30,457 nt of DNA from Candidatus Bathyarchaeota archaeon (GTDB taxonomy: Archaea > Thermoproteota > Bathyarchaeia > TCS64 > CBFDTC01). The position numbers and the translations under genes are program-made. Of the stretch, positions 25,886 through 30,457 are shown in pieces (position 1 is the first letter of the stretch; each line of letters begins with the position of its first letter). Below the pieces are notes generated by a model. The model was not told the DNA's origin and did not search any database. It saw nothing but the letters and a program-made list of their open reading frames with translations. The stretch spans positions 1-30,457 of the forward strand of contig CBFDTC010000007.1 of the NCBI GenBank assembly GCA_965612785.1, in the 5' to 3' direction.

Positions 25886-27445
25886 TCACTCCCACTCTAT
25901 CGTGGCCGGGGGCTTGTGGGTTATGTCGTAGACCACCCTGACGACCTCGGGAACCTCGTTCGTAATCCTCGTCGCCAGACGCTCCAGAAGGTCCCAAGGC
26001 AGTTTTGCGAAGGACGCCGTCATGGCCTCCCTGCTCTCCACAGCCCTTATGGCGACCACGTACCCGTAGGCCCTCTTGTCTCCCTTTATCCCCGTCGTCT
26101 TCACGTCCAGCAGGACCGCAAAGTACTGCCACAGCCCCTTCCACAGACCAGACTTCTCGATTTCCTCCCGGACTATGGCGTCCACACGCCTCAGAATCCT
26201 AACCTTCTCAGGTGTGACCTCCCCTATGACCCTCACGGCCAGGCCTGGGCCTGGGAACGGCTGTCTGTGGACTATCTGCTCGGGCAGGCCCAGACGCCTC
26301 GCCACCTCGCGAACCTCGTCCTTGTACAGGTCTCTTAGGGGCTCGACTATGGCCTTGAACTCCATCTTCGACGGGAGGCCTGCCACGTTGTGGTGGGTCT
26401 TTATCTTGTCTGAGAACTTCCTGAACCCGGATTCTATGCGGTCTGGGTATATGGTGCCCTGTATCAGGTACTCGGCTCCGACCTTCTTGGCTATGCGTTC
26501 GAAAACCCTGATGAAAGTCTCACCTATGATACGCCTCTTTGTCTCGGGGTCCCTGACGCCCTTCAGGGCTTCGAAGAACTCCCGGCTTGCGTCCACGACG
26601 TGTAGGTTGGGGAGCATCTTCGAGAACACCTCCCTAACGTACTCGACCTCACCCTCACGCATCAGGCCCGTGTCTATGAATATGGCGTGGAGGCGGTCTC
26701 CGAGCGCCTTGGAGGACAGCACGGCAGCCGTGCTGGAGTCTATCCCACCGCTCAGGGCTATCACGGCCTTGCCTGAACCCACGATGCTCCTTATCTCCTG
26801 TATGGCTTTGGGTATGAAGTCCTCCATGCTCCAGTTCGGCGTGCAGCCGCAGACGTTGAACACGAAGTTCTCCAGCATCTTCACCCCGTTCTCCGTGTGG
26901 ACCACCTCCGGATGCCACTGGAGGCCGTAGAACCTCCCAGACGGATCCCTGAAGGCGGCTATGGGACACGTGTCCGTCTCAGCCAAAACCTCGAATCCCT
27001 CAGGCAACTCGGCCACCAGGTCCATGTGGCTCATCCACACACGCTCCCTCGGACCCAAACCCTCTAGGACACCCACGGGCTTGAGTATCCTGGCCACCGC
27101 AACACCGTACTCAGCCTTAGTCCCACGAGCCACGTACCCGCCGAGCATCTGAGCCAGAAGCTGGTGGCCGTAGCATATCCCGAGTATCGGGACACCGGCC
27201 TCCAGGATGTCAGGCTTGGGGCGGGGGGCTCCGGGATCGTACACGCTGGCAGGCCCGCCGGAGAGGATCATGCCCTTAACCACCATCCTGTCTCGGAGTT
27301 TCATGATGTCCTCGAGACCCACGTCTCCGGGAAGTATCTCGGAGTACACGTGGAACTCTCTTATCCGACGGGCTATTAGGTGACAGTACTGCCCTCCAAA
27401 ATCTAGAACCAGGATCGTGTCTGGTCTAGCAATAGACAGTGGCAC
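25886..27445 (-). CDS. guaA: GMP synthase (glutamine-hydrolysing), fused GATase plus ATP-pyrophosphatase
   Basis: [16 protein letters not shown] and WHPEV mark the GATase. SGGIDSS is the PP-loop, and the C-terminus is PPATIEWE. Start placed at GTG 27445, which has GGAGGTG 5 nt upstream. The track's ATG at 27520 would add 25 AT-rich codons ([19 protein letters not shown]...). Confidence 0.9.
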   Translation of the reverse strand: MPLSIARPDTILVLDFGGQYCHLIARRIREFHVYSEILPGDVGLEDIMKLRDRMVVKGMILSGGPASVYDPGAPRPKPDILEAGVPILGICYGHQLLAQMLGGYVARGTKAEYGVAVARILKPVGVLEGLGPRERVWMSHMDLVAELPEGFEVLAETDTCPIAAFRDPSGRFYGLQWHPEVVHTENGVKMLENFVFNVCGCTPNWSMEDFIPKAIQEIRSIVGSGKAVIALSGGIDSSTAAVLSSKALGDRLHAIFIDTGLMREGEVEYVREVFSKMLPNLHVVDASREFFEALKGVRDPETKRRIIGETFIRVFERIAKKVGAEYLIQGTIYPDRIESGFRKFSDKIKTHHNVAGLPSKMEFKAIVEPLRDLYKDEVREVARRLGLPEQIVHRQPFPGPGLAVRVIGEVTPEKVRILRRVDAIVREEIEKSGLWKGLWQYFAVLLDVKTTGIKGDKRAYGYVVAIRAVESREAMTASFAKLPWDLLERLATRITNEVPEVVRVVYDITHKPPATIEWE

Positions 27446-27525
27446 ACAGACACCTCCTACTATTTTTACCTCATCATTTTGAAAAAAAAACTTAATAACG
27501 TACAATGACCTTAAAAACATAGATT

Positions 27526-28068
27526 ATGTCAGAAGAGGGGCGCGAATACTATGAAAAGACTGTGAAGGAATCAAGGGAGCTTATAGCTGAGGCTCTTCCC
27601 AGAGTTGCCCGTGACGTTTTAGCGGCAGTTGTTATTTGGTTCTTCGCCAAACTAGTCTTCGTACCAATAGCTGGGAGCCTGCAATTCCGTGGGTACCCAG
27701 TGTCTCAGATACTGAACCTAATCATTGTGATTGCCCTAGCGGTTATAGTGGTCAATATGCTAGTAAATATTCGCAGGTTGATCGACGGAGCAGCTGGGTA
27801 TGCCGCATGCAGGATCGGTGCTCCCTATGACGTCTCACCTGAGGAGGTTGAACATTACAAGACTGCGCTTAGAGGCATCTTCTATATCATCGTCGTCTCA
27901 CTGATATACCTGCTCTTCGTCGAGTTCCTCTCAAGAATCCACCCAGCGCTTTCAGCCGTAACATTGATAGCAATTGTCATCTGGGCTATATACATGATCT
28001 GGAAAGTTGTCCAGTCGATTTCAGCTGAGATAGGGCGATATACAACCAAGTGGGCTGAGAGAATCTAA
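27526..28068 (+). CDS. Four-TM membrane protein, unknown family (paralog of 28361-28804)
   Basis: ATG start with no SD and an AT-rich box ~30 nt upstream, so it is probably leaderless. Topology is a charged N-terminal helix plus 4 TM. It shares LxAxxIWxFxxLVFxPxA and IYLL...IHP blocks with the third gene. Confidence 0.6.
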   Translation: MSEEGREYYEKTVKESRELIAEALPRVARDVLAAVVIWFFAKLVFVPIAGSLQFRGYPVSQILNLIIVIALAVIVVNMLVNIRRLIDGAAGYAACRIGAPYDVSPEEVEHYKTALRGIFYIIVVSLIYLLFVEFLSRIHPALSAVTLIAIVIWAIYMIWKVVQSISAEIGRYTTKWAERI

Positions 28069-28110
28069 GTCGAACCCAGGAGTAACAATTGAATCCTAAG
28101 GAGGGGTAGA

Positions 28111-28371
28111 GTGACTTTGACCGTCAAGTTTAAGATACTGGCGCTGGCCACTGTCCTGATAACTGACTTACTTTTTTTCCTTTTCTTTGCAGTCGCTTAT
28201 CCGGGGATTTTCCAAATGATCTTAGGATCACTTCCTTGGAACGATGATCTTGAAAAACTTATCATAGTAGTTTTAGGGTTATTAATAGCTATTATAACGA
28301 CAGTGGGGGTAATACATTTTACCTTAAAAGCCATTAGTGCACCTCAAGGAGGGAAAAATTGTGACCGTTAA
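28111..28371 (+). CDS. Small (86 aa) hydrophobic membrane protein
   Basis: GTG start preceded by GGAGGGG. It has 2-3 hydrophobic helices, low GC, and overlaps the next gene by 11 nt. Confidence 0.5.
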   Translation: MTLTVKFKILALATVLITDLLFFLFFAVAYPGIFQMILGSLPWNDDLEKLIIVVLGLLIAIITTVGVIHFTLKAISAPQGGKNCDR

Positions 28372-28804
28372 GGATTCTTTAGGTGATGTTGTGCCTGAAA
28401 TGGCTACGGCCTTTTTGACAGCGTTTCTAATATGGCTTTTTGGAGTTCTTGTCTTTCTCCCTTTAGCTCGTAGGGTTGAGCCATCCAATCTTCCTTTAAT
28501 TGTGAGTGTAATTATACTTCTACCCTTCACCAGGTTCCTGTTTAAGGGCCTGAGGGGGCTGGATAAGATTTTAGATAGACTCTCCAAGAGGATTACTCAT
28601 GAGTTGGTAAGTAGGAGGGACTTGAAAAAGAAGCTTTCAACTGAGAAAATAGTTAGAGCTGTTGTCTATACAGTGGCTATCCTGATTATCTACTTATTGT
28701 ACTCTCCGTTGCTTTCAGCGATTCATCCCTCAATAAACGGGATAGCCATAGTTGTAACTATAATGATCATTTTTTGGATACTCCTCTCAAAAAGGACACT
28801 TTGA
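28361..28804 (+). CDS. Four-TM membrane protein, paralog of 27526-28068
   Basis: GTG at 28361 is preceded by AGGAGGG and is preferred over the track start at 28337. Blocks TAFLIWLFGVLVFLPLA and ILIIYLLYSPLLSAIHP align with AAVVIWFFAKLVFVPIA and SLIYLLFVEFLSRIHP of the first gene. Confidence 0.6.
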   Translation: MTVKDSLGDVVPEMATAFLTAFLIWLFGVLVFLPLARRVEPSNLPLIVSVIILLPFTRFLFKGLRGLDKILDRLSKRITHELVSRRDLKKKLSTEKIVRAVVYTVAILIIYLLYSPLLSAIHPSINGIAIVVTIMIIFWILLSKRTL

Positions 28805-28872
28805 TCCAAGAAGCGATTGCTTGAACTCTCGATCAGAAAGATTCTTAAGAGTTACCTTTGAGGGAAAGGTTT

Positions 28873-29040
28873 ATGCCCTTCGACCACCATCAACCTTGAA
28901 GCTTTCCTGATTTTCTTCGAGACCAACGCTGCCTAGGACTATCTCGGAATAGATGTGGAACTCTCCCTGATGCGGTGGGCTATCAGGTGGCAGTACCGGC
29001 CTCTGAAGCCCAGCACAACCACTGCGTCTGGCTTACGCAT
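28873..29040 (-). pseudogene. guaA: Decayed 5' fragment of guaA (first ~57 codons), same orientation as the live gene
   Basis: Translation: MRKPDAVVVLGFRGRYCHLIAHRIRE(+2 nt)FHIYSEIVLGSVGLEENQESFK(+1 nt)LMVVEGH. The live gene reads [53 protein letters not shown]. The fragment has two frameshifts, an in-frame stop, and a mutated DFGGQY motif. Confidence 0.75.
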
Positions 29041-29064
29041 CAAAGAGGATTCGACCGGAGATGC

Positions 29065-29072
29065 TTTAAATA
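29065..29072 (-). promoter_or_regulatory. Stranded TATA box (TATTTAAA) of the displaced guaA 5' end
   Basis: It lies 24 nt upstream of the remnant ATG at 29040, which is leaderless-promoter geometry. The box is near-palindromic and could also fire rightward. Confidence 0.4.
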
Positions 29073-29314
29073 GTGCCGTGTGTGATGGGCATACTGATGG
29101 CGGTCGAAGGCTTAGAGAAGGAAAAAGCCGATGAAGTCTGTAAGAGACTGTGCGGCCAAGCATGCCCCGTTCGGCGGTTCCTAAGCGGAGTTAGGGAACG
29201 CATGCATGCGCTTCTGGGGAAGCCTACACACTCATCCTGATTAAGAAGCATCGCCATTATTGTATCGTGGGGTTAATGGGCCTGTTCCTCGTTAGGCGGG
29301 GAGTTTTAGGGACT

Positions 29315-30130
29315 CTATATGCTTCCTTGCTTGCCTGAGTGTTGTGTCACCATGAACCTGCAGTATGGGTCTCCTTTAGCTAGGCATTCGGTTTCCACGA
29401 CTGTGAAGTCTACGCCGAAGATTGCCTTGAAGACGCCTGCTATGTAGCCCCTTGCAAGGTGGCTTCTGGGTTCTTTGAGCTTTCCTTTGAACGGTAGGCA
29501 CTCGAACAGCTCGAAAGCTCTTACAACGGCCTCTTTCCTTTTCTCATCGAAGACTTCTATCTCAGGCACGGCCCAGCCTTTCGCTATAACTTGTTTGAGC
29601 ACCACATCGAGAGCTCGGCGTCCCCTAAGACCGTACTTTCTCATGACTGTCTCGGCTGCGCTCACACCCGTCTTCAGGCCCATGTTGTACAGGATTGTTG
29701 CGGCTCCGGAGCCGAACATGCTGAACACTTTTTCGAAGGCCTCGCCGACGGACTCGACCTTGAACAGCACGTACCTTTCCCCCGCGAGCGTGACTGGGAA
29801 GGACAATTCATCCACGACAAGCTCCCCAACTTTCTCAGAAGACTTGACATCCAGGACCACGTCAAGCTTCTTAAGCCGTCTGGCCACGTTCTCGACTTCC
29901 AATTTGGCGTCCGTCAGGTCCACAAACCCGCTCCAGACGGCCGTCTCTTCAGAAGCCTTAGCCCTTATGAAGCCTGACAAGATGTTTATCCCCATCTCCG
30001 CCGCGAGTTGCGATATCTTCGCAAACGCTCCAGGAACGTTCTTGACCACGATGACGAACTCGGCAATCTTCCTACCGGGTCCATACTCGCTGAACAGAAC
30101 CTCCTTCTCAACATACTTTTCGAGGCCCAC
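29315..30130 (-). CDS. ACT domain plus V4R (4-vinyl-reductase-type) small-molecule-binding domain protein
   Basis: The N-terminal EFVIVVKNVPGAFAKISQLAAEMGINILSGFI is ACT-like. The C-terminus has GSGAATILYNMGLKTG and ECLAKGDPYCRFMV, typical of V4R domains. GTG start. GC is lower (~50% by eye) than in the core genes. Confidence 0.65.
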   Translation of the reverse strand: MGLEKYVEKEVLFSEYGPGRKIAEFVIVVKNVPGAFAKISQLAAEMGINILSGFIRAKASEETAVWSGFVDLTDAKLEVENVARRLKKLDVVLDVKSSEKVGELVVDELSFPVTLAGERYVLFKVESVGEAFEKVFSMFGSGAATILYNMGLKTGVSAAETVMRKYGLRGRRALDVVLKQVIAKGWAVPEIEVFDEKRKEAVVRAFELFECLPFKGKLKEPRSHLARGYIAGVFKAIFGVDFTVVETECLAKGDPYCRFMVTQHSGKQGSI

Positions 30131-30457
30131 CCAACCACCCCAAGAATATATGCACTATGCAATTTGGTATAAAAGCCTTATTTTACAGCCTTTTTTGAAC
30201 GAATAGCCCCAAATCGGAAACGGTTAATGCTTTTTCCACAAAAAAAACGGAAAGCCGTTTCGCCACATCATATGGAACATCCGTTTAACGATTGTTTTAC
30301 ACCTATATATTCCACCCATCTTAGCCTGGCCACCATCCGATACATACGCCAAAACATAGCCCAAAACACATATAAAACCCTTATAATCGCCCCTCCTCCA
30401 ATTTTAGGGCCATTATATATGCGTCTTCTCCGTCGAGGTAGTATCCCCTTATCCGGT

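Noticed and set aside
28939-29163. 74 aa ORF on the minus strand as a genuine small gene
   Set aside because: Its C-terminal half is the out-of-frame remnant of the guaA 5' end. Its N-terminal half is read-through of the former promoter region. It is better described as a pseudogene.
1-30457. CRISPR arrays, IS elements with terminal inverted repeats, or additional tRNA genes
   Set aside because: I saw no regularly spaced direct repeats. No transposase-like ORF is present. The only T-arm-like GTTCAAATC signature is the partial tRNA at 1180-1221.

Overview
About 30.5 kb of a GC-rich archaeal chromosome. Core genes look roughly 58-62% GC by eye, not computed. The proteins have a hyperthermophile style (E/R/K/V-rich, ATA/AGG codons, many GTG/TTG starts with GGAGG/GGTG Shine-Dalgarno sites). 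The gene set fits a crenarchaeon best: a stand-alone 5S rRNA gene, fused GMP synthase, archaeal DnaG, family-B polymerase, Mre11/Rad50, type-II GAPDH and EndA. I cannot name the species. Most of the window is tightly packed housekeeping: radical SAM, hisH, hisF, mre11-rad50, SRP RNA, polB, dnaG, gap, tyrS, a ChlI/vWA chelatase-like ATPase, an M50 protease, two MBL hydrolases, map, 5S rRNA, endA, a PhoU/DUF47-like protein and guaA. Two RNA genes, SRP RNA and 5S rRNA, are covered by spurious ORFs in the track. A third GC-rich, ORF-free, highly structured ~215 nt element lies between the chelatase-like gene and tyrS and has no class I can assign. Accessory content sits at both ends. (1) The left edge holds the right-hand end of an element integrated at a tRNA: the 3' half of a tRNA (anticodon loop reads GGT), a tyrosine integrase, and the start of a RecF/OLD-like P-loop ATPase that runs off the window. 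(2) On the right, a ~1.6 kb low-GC insertion carries three uncharacterised membrane-protein genes, two of them paralogs. It appears to have replaced the first ~30 codons and the promoter of guaA, leaving the decayed original 5' end with its TATA box 1.5 kb upstream. This is the most unusual thing I can support. Also notable: the PolB keeps its polymerase motifs, but all exonuclease carboxylates appear substituted. I saw no CRISPR array and no recognisable complete defence operon. Every family assignment comes from motif recognition by eye and needs a database check.
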